Source: Tubiluchus corallicola (Eukaryota > Animalia > Priapulida). Taken from it: DNA of 20,666 nucleotides. The translations under genes were made by a program, and so were the position numbers. The DNA lies in contig JAQGDQ010002370.1 in the NCBI GenBank assembly GCA_030141605.1, forward strand, positions 1 through 20,666. The letters run 5' to 3'. Positions 1 through 12,581 of this stretch are shown piece after piece (within the stretch, counting starts at the first letter, position 1; each line of letters begins with the position of its first letter). Under the pieces are notes generated by a model. That model was not told the DNA's origin, did no database searches, and saw only the letters and a list, made by a program, of their open reading frames with translations.

Positions 1-150
1 AAAACGAAACATCCCTAACCGGGGAGTTGTCAAGCGAGGATTTGCTGTCGTTAAAACGAAACATCGCTGAGCAGGGAGTTGTTAAGTGAGGATTTGAGTC
101 GTTAAAACGAAACATCGCTAACCAGGGAGTTGTTAAGTGAGGATTTACTG
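1..150. repeat. Tandem repeat, 51-52 bp unit, about 3 copies visible (runs off the window start)
   Basis: AAAACGAAACATC…GGGAGTTGTTAAGTGAGGATTT recurs at 1, 53 and 104. Confidence 0.9.
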
Positions 151-351
151 TTATGTCTGTAACCCTTCTTCTTTATACTAGGGTGTTTGACCTTCAACTG
201 AGAAACTGATTACATTCCACAAGATGGGATCGAAATGCATTCACTGATTTGATAACAGCTTTAAATTTTAATATTAATTAAGGCAACTAATTAAACCAAC
301 TGATTAACAAATCATTTTTTGTTGATGTTTTCCATCTTGTCTTGTTTTTAG

Positions 352-557
352 GATGGGAAATTTGGAGACACTCCAAAGTTACTTAGCGGAAGCTTAAAAC
401 TAAAACGGGGAAAACAGAGGGAGGACAGTCCTACCGGTCAGTTCAAGAGGCTTTCAGAAGTATCTCTTTCACATTCGCCCCAAAACGGCACCGAGGATCT
501 GCCTATGAAGTGTCCGGGACAAAAACCTGTAACACTTACCTTCAATTTTCAGGACAG
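352..557 (+). CDS. PLCE1: PLC-epsilon exon A ([11 protein letters not shown]...FNFQDR), linker
   Basis: Pyrimidine tract plus AG at 350-351, donor AG|GTTAGT at 558, stop-free, phase 2 matches the next exon. No conserved motif recognised. Confidence 0.7.
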
Positions 558-3500
558 GTTAGTTTGTGAAAAGACCGTTTTTGAAACAACATCTAATTTT
601 TTTGCCATTGATGTCCATTAGAGAAGCAGTCCTTCATAATTCTTTGTTTGGGCAAGTTCTGTTTATTGTTTAATACGTGGATGATGTTTAGCAAAGTTTC
701 CTACTGAGGTGTGGATCGAGACAGAGAGTAACGTGAAAGTAAATCCTGTCAGTATATATAGGTATAGGTAACCTATGCAAACTTGGCTTCACAAAACAAT
801 TACTGTAAAATAGGGAGAGATCCAGTGAGTATGCATATTCACTGGACCGAACAATTATACTAGGGGTGAGGTTAGCTAGTAAAATGTAAAAGGATTAGTT
901 AATAGATGGCAGCACCTAAAAATATACAGTTACAATTTCCACAAATACAAATGAGCAGAAGCGCAGTGATCTATCGTAACTTATTTGCTTTTATTTTCCG
1001 ACCTTGTTTTACCAGGAAACCTCTAGCAAGGCGATCAGCTTCAGAAGGAACAGCGCAGAGTGATACAGGTCAGCAAACTGCATTGGATTTTAGTGGTTTC
1101 GTGGAGCTCTTTAAGGCATTTAGTCTGAGATCTCGTAAAGACTTGAAAGACTTGTACGAACAGCTCGTGGAGAATGCAACAACGTCCTCAGTGGAGGAGA
1201 ATGAAGATAACGAAGATTGCATCTCAATTAAAATTAGAGATGAACTCGCCGTCACACGATCTGTGGGTAAGTCATATGTAAACTTTGAACAAGTGTGAAA
1301 CAACTGAAATGGTTTCTATTGCTACTGTTGCTCGTTAGGGCAATTGTGTGTTTCATTTGGTCGTCTGATTAAGATTAGTTGTAGCATGCATGACCCATTT
1401 CATCAAGAATCACCAAGAATGCTCAAACACTCCAATCCAAACATCAAGTCCAGACATAAGTGCTTACATTTGTTGTTTATTCTGTTAAGAATATAGAAAT
1501 GTAAATAAGTGAATTGTTGCATATTTTATGAATATAATAACTCCATATTAGTACATACACAAACGAATTACATAAAGTAGCATTTCACATATACAGTTAA
1601 TTCCAGTAGCTAGTCAAAACTGCAAAAATCATTAAATTAAATAAAAGCAACTTACATCCTTGTCCAAACATTAGAGCACCATTAGAAAACTGGTACAGAC
1701 AATAGACACCAATTGCAACTGCAGACAGCAGGAAACAAAAATTTAGTTAACAAGACACAAATCTATAAACTACATGTCCCAAGACCCAACATATCAAGGC
1801 CAAGTGTCTGCAGCATTTCACAAAGCCAGGTACCTAAAGTCATCAACCATGAAATCACCTGACAGGTAAGTTGAGGTAACTGCCTGCTGGCCTCAGAGGG
1901 CAGCACTGTCCAGTACATTAGTTATCTTTATTCCAGCCAAGACATTATTTTAATTACACTAGAAATACTGTATGCAATGCTCACGCAAAAGCAAACTTAT
2001 CTGGTGTCACCTTACACGAACATAATGAGAAAAATGCATTTTTTCAGGTCTCATAACACGAAACACGCCTGATGATTATGCCGGGTTAAATCAGCAGTCG
2101 AAGGTATTCGATGCCATCGCCGTTGCCAGCATTGTTGCTAACTGCGCCGGTGTCGAGACAGCTAAAGGAATGAACATCAGTTTGCACGAATTTCAAAAGT
2201 TTCTTCGGGTTTATCAAGGAGAAGATTTGAATGAAAAAGAAGTGCTGGCGTTAATTCATGTGAGTTACAAATCATCAGTATTTTTAAAGGAAAACTGGAT
2301 GATTGTTTAGACTCAATCTCATTTTAATATGCTGTCCAGAATATATGTTTTCTTGTTTATAAAACTTATATTTGAATAATTAGCTTAGAAACTTCATTAA
2401 TGGCAACCAAACACAGCTATTGCTTACATCAGAAACTAACCACAGTTTGTGCAATGGCAGGCATCTTCCCTTGCACATCAAGCACATTTGCATAAGTGTT
2501 ACAGTATACAGTACTGTGTAAATGTATGATGTCACGAAAATATGGGTATAACATCATATGACATCAGAAACTAACACTGCAGTTAATGATCATGCTTATC
2601 ACGGCACCGCCGTCTATTGGTCGGCCACACGAATGTGACAAAAAAGCGCCGCTGCCAATCTTAGTAGATTCACTGAGCCGTGCGTAGCTTTGAAAGTTTA
2701 ACGCAATTTGAGTATCCGAAGTAATTATTATTTAATCTAAGCTTTCATTTAAAATAAGCTACTGTAGTTTTCAATATTTTAGAGCATTCTTTATTCTGAA
2801 CTAATGTTTACACAGTTTTCCTTTAAGAAACACCAAACGGCGATTCGCTGATTTAATGTTCCCTTCAAGATAAGTTGCAGCACTGATTATAGAAATATAT
2901 AACAAGTTTCTAACACAATTGTCCGGTTTTTTTAAGTGTAACGTCTGCCCTTAGGTTTTATTGATTTTATTTGTTCTATGTAATGCTAAGTATTGTAACT
3001 ACATTGTCTAACGCAAATGCCTGGTGTTTTTTGTGCAGTGATTTAACATGAACAAATTATGGTGGGTTTTATTAGTTTACAGCTGCTTTTCCTCTGTGAT
3101 CTGACCGTATTTGTTGGTAAGCTGTGCATTTCAGTGAAGAACAGGCTGTTCCATCTAAGTAAAACAACTTACTCGCAATTAACAACAAGTATACATGAAT
3201 AGCAAGTAAATATTTTATATAATTAACAGGAAACTTGTAGTCTTACACGGAGCTTCATTTCTTGCATAAAAACCCCCTTCTCGTAGACCCCCAAATCTTT
3301 TTCCTCAGATGTGTTCGGATAACCCGTCTCATTTAGTGCCACAATACTAACCTGCATTTTTTTTACGAATAAACCTTTTCACAGTTTCGTTGCCCGCACG
3401 CGCAGTTGCTGTAGGTCAAAGGTTAAGTGTATCACAGCAACGCGTCGTAACTACAACCGCCACTTGACATGTGGGTAAAGCAAAGCTGTTTGCTGCATCA

Positions 3501-6500
3501 GTTCAATAACTTCAATTGTTTTATGTGAAATTATGTATTGGACTATGTAGTGTGATTTACTAGCAGGATCTTGCCTTGGAACAAGAAAAAATGAACCAGG
3601 TAAGGTTCTAGCTATTTGTTAAACTGTTACTTTTACAATAGTATGGGCTGAGAGGTGTTATCAAGTGTACACAAATTTGCTGTCTTGTACAGTTAACCTT
3701 TGACCTTCTAACGATCATCATCAATTGCTGGAACTGTGAAAAGGCTTATTGTTTTGTAAAGGATGTGTTTTGTTTTTCTAAGCTGTTCATTTTTCTTATA
3801 GAGACACGAAGCTAAATTAGCAAACCGAGAACGCAGTCAGTTGTCATTTGAAGGATTTTCTCGATTCTTAATGGATAAGAGAAACTATGCCTTTACACAC
3901 TTGAAGTCTTCCAAAGATGAACTAAGCCATCCACTGTCATATTACTACATAGCGTCTTCTCATAATACATATCTTACTGGCCATCAGCTTAAGGGAGAGT
4001 CATCCGTTGAAATTTATAGCCAGGTTCGTAGTATTTTGACAAACATTTTGATCTTTTTGACATTATTAAAATTCATTCAGGGGCGTATTAAGATATTACA
4101 ATTTCCTAGGTTTATAGTGCAGTCCTGCCTATCTCTGTTAAGGATTTATTGTTATTTATATATTAAGCTCAAAATACAACTACTTGTGGTGTATTAGTAA
4201 CATTATTACTTACGTATTTAGTCTTAATTACATATATTCGCATAAAGCTTATTGTGATGCAGTACCTTTAATGTAGTAATTGTACTTGTTTATTACATAG
4301 CCCTTATATAAAGGTGGGCTCAGTAACTGCTTGTGGTGTGTTATACAATGTGTGCTATATATGAATGGATGTGCATTTTCTGAGGAGAATGAAATTTTTT
4401 TAACGGTGGGCCACTAAAATCTGGCACAATAGACTACAGTCTAGATAGACTATTAGTACAATGCCTCTGAACTCATTTGTTGTAGCCTAACCATAAATTA
4501 AGCGTTAATATTTGCTATAATTACTAAATTCATTCTATTTACATGTAACAACGTAGTACAACTGTATTAAACTACTTCATCGTCGTCATCGCTATATTTC
4601 TTGTCACAATGTTGCCAGCCATACCAGTTTAATTATTAGTTAAAGTTTAGAGAGCTTGACTGCAGACCAGCCATGTTGCAGAGTACACATTCAGACATAC
4701 AAAATGATAAAAAGTTTAACTTTGTTATTATATGTGCCTGGGAATACGTCATTTGCAATCACTGACGATGGATACTCATTTTTTTTAAATAATTAACAGG
4801 TGTTATTACGAGGCTGCAGGTGTGTTGAGTTAGACTGTTGGGATGGTGATGATGGCAACCCTGTGATCTATCACGGACACACGTTTACATCGAAAATTTC
4901 ATTTCGGGTAAGTTTTCATACCAAATAGTTTCCACAAAAAACATAAAACGTGCTTTCACAACAATTTATTGTAATCAGAGGTTTGGCAAGACCGTGCTTG
5001 TTAAAAACTGTTTGATTGAAGATGGAATGATTGTTATGAAACAGCATGATTATTATTGTCGTCTGTTTTATAGGCGGTTATCGAGGCTATCAATAAGAAT
5101 GCATTCGTAACATCTCCATATCCTGTGATATTGTCAATAGAAAACCACTGTAGCTTACAGCAACAAGTTAAAATGACGCAAATATTTACGGTAAGTGAGA
5201 TTCTAGATAAAAAAGTGTATTAGTCATAATCAAAACGTGTCAAAAAAGCGTATTATTCATAATCGAAATGTGTCAGTGGTAAATAAATAAATACAAACTA
5301 AATAGACTTCATAATAAATTTCTGTGGCAGTTTTTTTATAATATTTTAAGTTAAAACTCCGGACGTCCTTCTGGGTTAGCTGATATTATATTTATTTTAA
5401 TTGCTTCTGCTACTTAGACTGTCTTCGGCGACAAGTTGGTGAGAAATTTCCTCTTCGACTCCGACTTTGCGGACGACCCTAATTTGCCATCCCCCGAACA
5501 GCTGAAATATAAGATAATTTTGAAGAACAAAAAGCTGAGAACGATACAGGGCATAGGTCGTGTGCCCTCCTCGACTACGATACAGTCATCTCTTGGTACT
5601 GTCAGCAGCCGATCAAAGGTATTTGCCTATTTTCATTAATTTTAATTTGCATAAAATCAGTGCTACTGCCAGTGTCAGATTTACCATTGTGCTTATGTGT
5701 GCTTAGCGTAGAGCCGCTGGGCCCATTTTCCCGCCAAAAAAATTTTACGATAAATTTTTCAAATTGCAAACGTTCAACTGTTTTTCATAAGTTATAAAAG
5801 TGAAATTGGTCTACAGCATTTGCATAGTTTTAGCCACCATGAGATGTAGTAGTTAATAAAACAGGAGAAAATTCTGGTTGCTTTCCCAAAAGCATTCCCC
5901 GAGCCCCGATAATTCAACAATATGCCTTAAACGTGTTTTAAAAAGTAATCATTGTCCAGATAACACGTAATATTTTACCGGAATTTCCTGAGCATGTATG
6001 CCTGACTGCCTGTGTAGGCTTACCTGGCCTACCTCTTTCAGGGCCAAGTGAGGGGCCTTTTAACCTAATGAGCACAGGGCCTCATCCTAAATCCAGCACT
6101 GGCTACTGCTCAATGATTCTGTGCTTATACCTTCGTAGCAAGTTTTAGTGATTTACTGACAGTGTGATCATTCTCAGAACCACTTTAGTTACGATACATT
6201 GCATTTCTGTTTACATTCCAGACCCAGAAGGCCAATTACATGCGTAATAATAGCATCATCTCTGTCGGCAGTGGTTCTATAAATGACGATGACGATGATG
6301 AGTCAGAAGAAGAAGAATTTGAAGAGGAATTTATTGAAAGTATGGAAGATAAACTTTCCTTCGTGTGTTTGTCCTTATATGGAAAATCCTTATTCCATAA
6401 GACGGACAACCTAACTTAGACAAGAAAAGGTTTATTGGAACTAAGCGAGTTGCGATGTTGATCCCTCCTTGTTAAATGTTTTTTGGACTCTGACAAACGT

Positions 6501-9500
6501 ACAATGTTTTATTTGTGACTCATGTGTCTTGGATTTCTGTAATCAACTGCATTCTAAGCGAATGTTTAAACTCTCTTATCAATTTTTTGAGCCCCAGATT
6601 TGACAGAGATACAGTCATACCTCCGTTTTCAAACGTCTCTGTACTCGTACAAATCGGTTTTCGAGCAGAAAATTCGAGCTGAAATTGTCTCTGCTCTCGA
6701 CCAGAATTTCGGCACTCGGCCAACCGCCAAACACGAGACAAACGCCTGCGCGGCGAGCTGAGTAGAGCAGACCGCGTCCAAGAGTCGCGCACGTGTTTCC
6801 AATCTTGCCTACGTATGCCGTCACACTGCTACGAACACATAAGGCTTTTTCATGCAGGAATAATTATGTTTTTCTTTCTAAGTAATTCTATTATGTTTTT
6901 CTTATCAGTTATATCATATCTACTGTTTGAATAAATATTTTTGCATTATTATATTTCGTTTTAGTAATACTTTACTGTTCATTTGGTGCTTGAGAACGTA
7001 TTATTTGCTTTTACATTATTTCTTATGGGAATAAATGATTCGGTTCTCAACCAAATCGGTTTTCAAACACTTTTTAGGAAGGAATTATGGCCGAAAACAG
7101 GGTATGACTGTAGTGAAAATTCCACCAGAATGCATGTGGGAGCTTAGTTACGCTTAGCAATCTAATTTCCATATGTTCAGTTCATGTAACCTTCTTTGTG
7201 GAGAATATTAGTAACTTACCTACAAAATTACGACTTGACACACGTGAAAGCTGCAGAAAAATATGCTTAGATTTTGCAAGTAAGAGTTGTTGTACCTGAA
7301 GGGATCCATCCTGTTCTATAGCATTTAAATTTCTTTCTTGGATTGCCATAGAAGGGCAGGCATCCTGTTTAGCACAATGTTTTTTTAATTATTTTTTGTT
7401 CACGGAATCATCATTATGCAATTTTACAGATGAAAGAGAGCTGCTTAGTGGTAACCGGACATCCATGTCTGACTCTTTGCCTGCAAATCTCATTCAGGAT
7501 GACGATAAGCCACCAAACAAAGCGAAGAACCATCGTTCTGACTCGCAGTCAAGTACAGAAAATATTCCATGTTCGAGACAGGTCAGTCTAGAAACTATTG
7601 CTGCACATGACAATACTTGAAGGTGAAGAGAAATTCGTATTATATGCAGTTTACACTATGTTCTTGTAACATGTTTCCATGTTTTTCAGGGTTCAGAAAC
7701 ATTTCAAGACAATTCAAGGTCAAAGACTAAAGGAAGTACTAAAGAGCTGCCAACACCCTCGTACCGTGATGCCGATTCAGACATAGACATTCAGTTTGAT
7801 GATGATACACCAGTGGGAAAGTCAAAGAAGCTGCAGAGTCAGATTGCACCAGAACTTTCAGACTTGGTCATTTATTGCCAAGCTGTCAAGTTTACAGGTA
7901 TTTGGTCATTTATTCCCAAGCTGTCAAGTTTACAAGTATTTGTTTATTTATTGCCAAGCTGTCAAATTTACAGGTAATTTGTTATTTATTGCCAAGCTGC
8001 CAAGTTTACAGGTAATTGGTTATTTATTGCCAAGCTGCCAAGTTTACAGGTAATTGGTTATTTATTGCCAAGTTTACAGGTACTTGGTTATTTATTGCCA
8101 AGCTGTCAAATTTACAGGTAATTGGTTATTGAAAATACAGATTGGTTCTTGCTCTCTGTTTATTCTCACAGAATGCCACTATGTCCATAATGTTCTTCCA
8201 TGCAAAGATCACTGATATATCTGTTATTTTTTGAGATGTGAGCTGTTGTTTTTTCCTTTATTTAATCTCATTATTAAAGCTGTCATAAAACACATTTTTC
8301 ATTTGTTGATATAGGTTTACTTGGTAGTCCAAATAACTCTATCAAACAAAAACCAATGAAAGGTAAAGAGAAGAAAGCTTTGCGCTCATCTAGCCTGAAT
8401 AATTCTCCAGCTCCGAGCACTCCTCCGCTGCACAATGCTTTTGGTGAGTTTGCCTAGATACGCTCTTTGCTGTAAATGGGTGGCATTGTAGTATGGTGTG
8501 TGCTATCATTTGCATGCTAATCTAAGCATTTCTTGTGTAAAATTCATTCGTAGAATGTTGCAAGACTGGCAAAATGTTGCAAGTCTTTGGCAAGCTAAAG
8601 CATTCTGTAAAGTACAGTATACGACGATGATGTCGTTGGCAATGATACTGCTGCTGTTGATGATGATGATTGTTTTTGATGGTGTCAATAATACATGATA
8701 GTGTTATTACTTACAGGTGAGCACCAAAGCAGAACAGAACTAGATTTATTGCAGCTGGGCCGAGCGAGCAAGAGACGGGGAGGACCAGCCCCTTGTCATA
8801 AAGTTTCTTCCCTGAATGAAAACATGGCTAAGAAATTATGTCGAAAACATCCACTGGGAGTCATTGCATATCCTTTCTATCTATTTATTTAGCCATTTTT
8901 TTATTTTGTTAACCTGTTTGCTTGTTAGTCTGTCTGATCATGCATTAGTCATTAAACTACTGATATACTGAAACTGAGCATCAGTGAGGACCATTCTGGC
9001 TGTAATGACAAGCTATAATACACAATCTTAACTTGTAGTATAAAAATAATTGTGTATAATTAAGATTCTGCTTCATAGCATAAGATTATTGATTTCCTCA
9101 CAGTTTTAACATAGCAATAATAATAATAATAATAATAATATTTAATTGCTTAATAATAATTATTATTATAATTAACTTAATAATTAATAATGTAATAATT
9201 AACAATATTAACTTTAATAATACTGTTAATATTATTGTTAATAAATCTCATGCTTAAATAGAAACAATAGTGCAGTGTATCGTAGACTTATCCTTTGTGA
9301 AAAGCGAAAGTGTTTTTATTGCTCTTTCTTACCGCTTGGGGGCAGTGGTGGCAAAAGCCATTCGCCTTCATAAAGAATTTTTTGGACAATGTCAAAGAGC
9401 GTTTACAATAGTAGCGCAACGTTACCCTGCTGGATGAATTGGGGACATTTTATGGGCAAAAGTACAGCGTCATTGAAGAAGAGCAAGTCTTACAAGTGGG

Positions 9501-10107
9501 TGGTGGAACTGACTTCAACAATATGATAATAATTAACTTTCTGGTTCTTTAGTAACTCAGAAATGCTCAGGGTTAAACTCATGAAACTCATAGAACACAT
9601 GCCTCAGAGAAAGGGATTTATTGTTAGTGGTCTGTGATCAGGGTCATAGAGTGAATGTGGTTCTTTCTTTTGGTTGTACCTCTTGGCTTATGATATTTGG
9701 TATGCAATTAGATGTTATCAATGTCTAGTGAACGGTTGAGTGTGAGTCAGCGGGCAAAAACAGAAATTAGAGGTCCCAGATGCACATACCTCTCATTGCA
9801 ACAGTGGCTTATAATATATCAAATGAAAAGTCTCGAAGAAGCAAGTCGAATGGTGTAAGTTCTGCTGAAACTTGTTGACCCAGAATGTCAAGGTCACTGT
9901 CGTATTTTCTGGTTTGTTTCTTGTACCATTTTTAAATGAACTGAATAAATGAACTTTAAATTAACTATCATGACTCATAACATCATCGTACTAACATGTG
10001 TCATTCATGTATTCCTCATCAACATGCTGAATTTCTACCTTTTGCACTATGTCCTCATTCTAGAAGAAAGTGCGTGCGTGCGTGCGTGCGTGCGTGCGTG
10101 TGTGTGC

Positions 10108-10144
<37 letters not shown>

Positions 10145-12541
10145 TGTGCATGCATGCGTGAGAGCGAGTGAGTGTGCAAGAGCGAGCAAGTGAGTGTGTG
10201 AGAGAGATCATCTAATGCACTTTTGTTTTATTTCTCAAATTTCAACTTTACCATTAATCTGGGCAGCACCATCACAAGATTTTCTTCCTGGTGCTGTCCA
10301 GAGGCATACCCGTAGTCTCAATAAAAATTACATATTAATGTTTTTTCTTTGTAAAATTTGTGTTAATTTAATGCTTTCTGTAAAAATTATCATTGTATGC
10401 TCATGGTAAATCTAGCAATAAATTCTATATTTCTAAAACGTAATTGTAACTGCACTCGACTTTGTACTAAGGCTTCCTTAACGTTCACACTCATACAGAG
10501 ATACAACTGATGAGGACCTATCCAGCTGGAATGCGTATCGACTCGTCTAATTTCAATCCAGTTATATTCTGGGCATTTGGCATTCAGCTTGTCGCTCTGA
10601 ATTATCAAACTGACGGTAAGTGGCTTCTCGTTAAACTGTGGCATAGGCAACTTGTTATGGCTTAACAGCTTTGATTTGGGCTGACATAGTGGCATAGGCA
10701 ACTTGCTATGGCTTAACAGCTTTGATTTGGGCTGACATAGTGGCATAGGCAACTTGTTATGGCTTAACAGCTTTGACTTGGGCTGACATAGTGGCATAGA
10801 CAACTTGTTATGGCTTAACAGCTTTGACTTGGGCTGACATAGTGGCATAGGCAACTTGTTATGGCTTAACAGTATTGACTTGGACTGACATAGTGGCATA
10901 GGCAACTTGTTATGGCTTAACAGCTTTGACTTGAGCTGACATAGTCAAATCTAATTGCAAATATAGTTGAATAATTCCATTCTTTGTTTTCAGACATGTC
11001 GCTTCACATCAACACGGCCATGTTTGAACAAAACGGACAGATGGGCTACGTATTGAAACCGGCGCTAATGTGGGATAAAAATCATATCCTTTATAACCGA
11101 TTTAACCCGTGGGATAAAGAGTTTGATGGGATTATTCCCTCAATACTAACTATTACTGTAAGTTGGTTTTTAATTTGTTTATCATTGTGTGTAGATGTTG
11201 GATTAAATTATGAAAGTTTTGCCTAATTAGTTTGCTAAAATGTGCTTACTACCTGATATATAAAATCAGGAGATCACATATTTGTGTTTTACGTGAAAGT
11301 GCTAATCTTACAAGACCTTGCATTCCATAAAAGTTATTGATATTAATACAGTCTAATAGCAAGGATGTTTTATTAATCGGGTAAAGTCAAATACTGCACT
11401 TCATTCTGTTTGAATAAATATTGCTGTTACCTCCTTGGAGAAGCCAAATTTATCACAAGAAAATCAGCATTACGTTGTTGTAATAACAAATTTGATTGAT
11501 TTGTCCTTTAATTATACATACAGGTGATATCGGGTCAGTATGTTTGTCAGGGAAATTACACTGGTAGTCCAATGGTAGAAGTGGCAATTATAGGTTTACC
11601 TGCAGATTGTAGCTACCAGAAGACGAAGACTCTGCTAAGGAATGCCATCAATCCCATTTGGAATGATACATTTACATTCAAAGTGAGTTATTTCCATTTA
11701 ACATAAATCATTAAGGGAAAACCGGATGATTGTGTAAACATTAGTTCAGGATAAAGAATGCTCCAAAATATTGAAAACTACAACAGCTTATTTTAAATCA
11801 AAGCTCAGATTAAATAATAATTATCTCGGATACTCAAATTTTGTTAAACTTTCAAAGCTAAGCGCAGCTCACAGAATCTACTAAGACTGGCGATGGCGCC
11901 TTTTTGTCACAAGCGCGTGGCCGACAAATAGAAGGCGGTACCGTGATAACCATGATCATGAACTGCAGTGTTAGATTCTGACATCGTATTATGTAGAGCC
12001 CATTTTCGTGACATCACGCGTTTAAGCAGTACTGTAACACTTATGCAAATGTGCTTGACGCGCAAGGGAAGATGCCTGCCATTGCACAAACTGTGGTTAG
12101 TTTCTGACATAAGCAATAGCTCTGTTCAGTTGCTGTTAATTAACTTTCTCAGCTAATTATTCAAATATAAGGAACAATTGTTAAGTTTTATAAGCAAAAA
12201 AATGTATATTTTGGACAGTAAATTAAAATGAAATCGAGTCTAAACAATCGTCCGGTCTTCCTTTAGAAGTTCTAGCAGCTGTAGTTATTGATTTCTTGTA
12301 CTGTAAGAGACCTGCGCAAATACACTTTTATGCAGATTGCTTTAGTATGTCATGTAATAATTAAGGATCTGCACATTTCTTTAGTCAAGCTTTCTTATCT
12401 TGCTCAGATGGTGCATCAATATTTAGTAATGCTCTTCAACTTTCAATCGTGGCATGTTTTCTCAGTGTAAATTGCTAATATCTCATCTAATATTATCATA
12501 TTGGAAAACATTTCTTAAACTGGTGACTACTACATATGCAC

Positions 12542-12581
<40 letters not shown>

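Larger units (their letters stand above)
8868..10490 (+). other. U12-type (minor spliceosome) AT-AC intron, 1623 bp, phase 2
   Basis: 5' site ATATCCTTTC at 8868, branch site TTCCTTAAC at 10474-10482, terminal CAC at 10488-10490. Removing it joins GC+T to give …[15 protein letters not shown], the colinear Y-box sequence. Confidence 0.95.

Noticed and set aside
1700-1873. Minus-strand ACTTACCTG…AATTTTTG resembling the U1 snRNA 5' end and Sm site; on the + strand a CAG|GTAAGT donor at 1866
   Set aside because: The U1-70K and U1A loop motifs and a strong terminal stem-loop are absent. As a cassette exon, the nearby acceptors give a frameshift (52 nt) or an immediate TAA (36 nt) and lack a pyrimidine tract.
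6520-6824. Minus-strand ORFs of 90 and 69 aa
   Set aside because: They lie largely within the GC-rich core of a non-autonomous MITE and show no transposase motifs.
9330-9550. GC-richer, coding-looking stretch inside the U12 intron (QRYPAG in one frame, TLLDELG in another)
   Set aside because: Short, interrupted by stops and without convincing U2 or U12 boundaries. The resemblance to exon M (RTYPAG) is only four residues.
9996-10409. ORFs with CV repeats, and poly-Ala ORF 19407-19601
   Set aside because: Translations of microsatellite or low-complexity intronic sequence.
10390-10905. 171-aa minus-strand ORF with 17-aa repeats ([17 protein letters not shown])
   Set aside because: By-product of the 51-bp (3x17) minisatellite plus the antisense of exon M. 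No independent evidence of coding.
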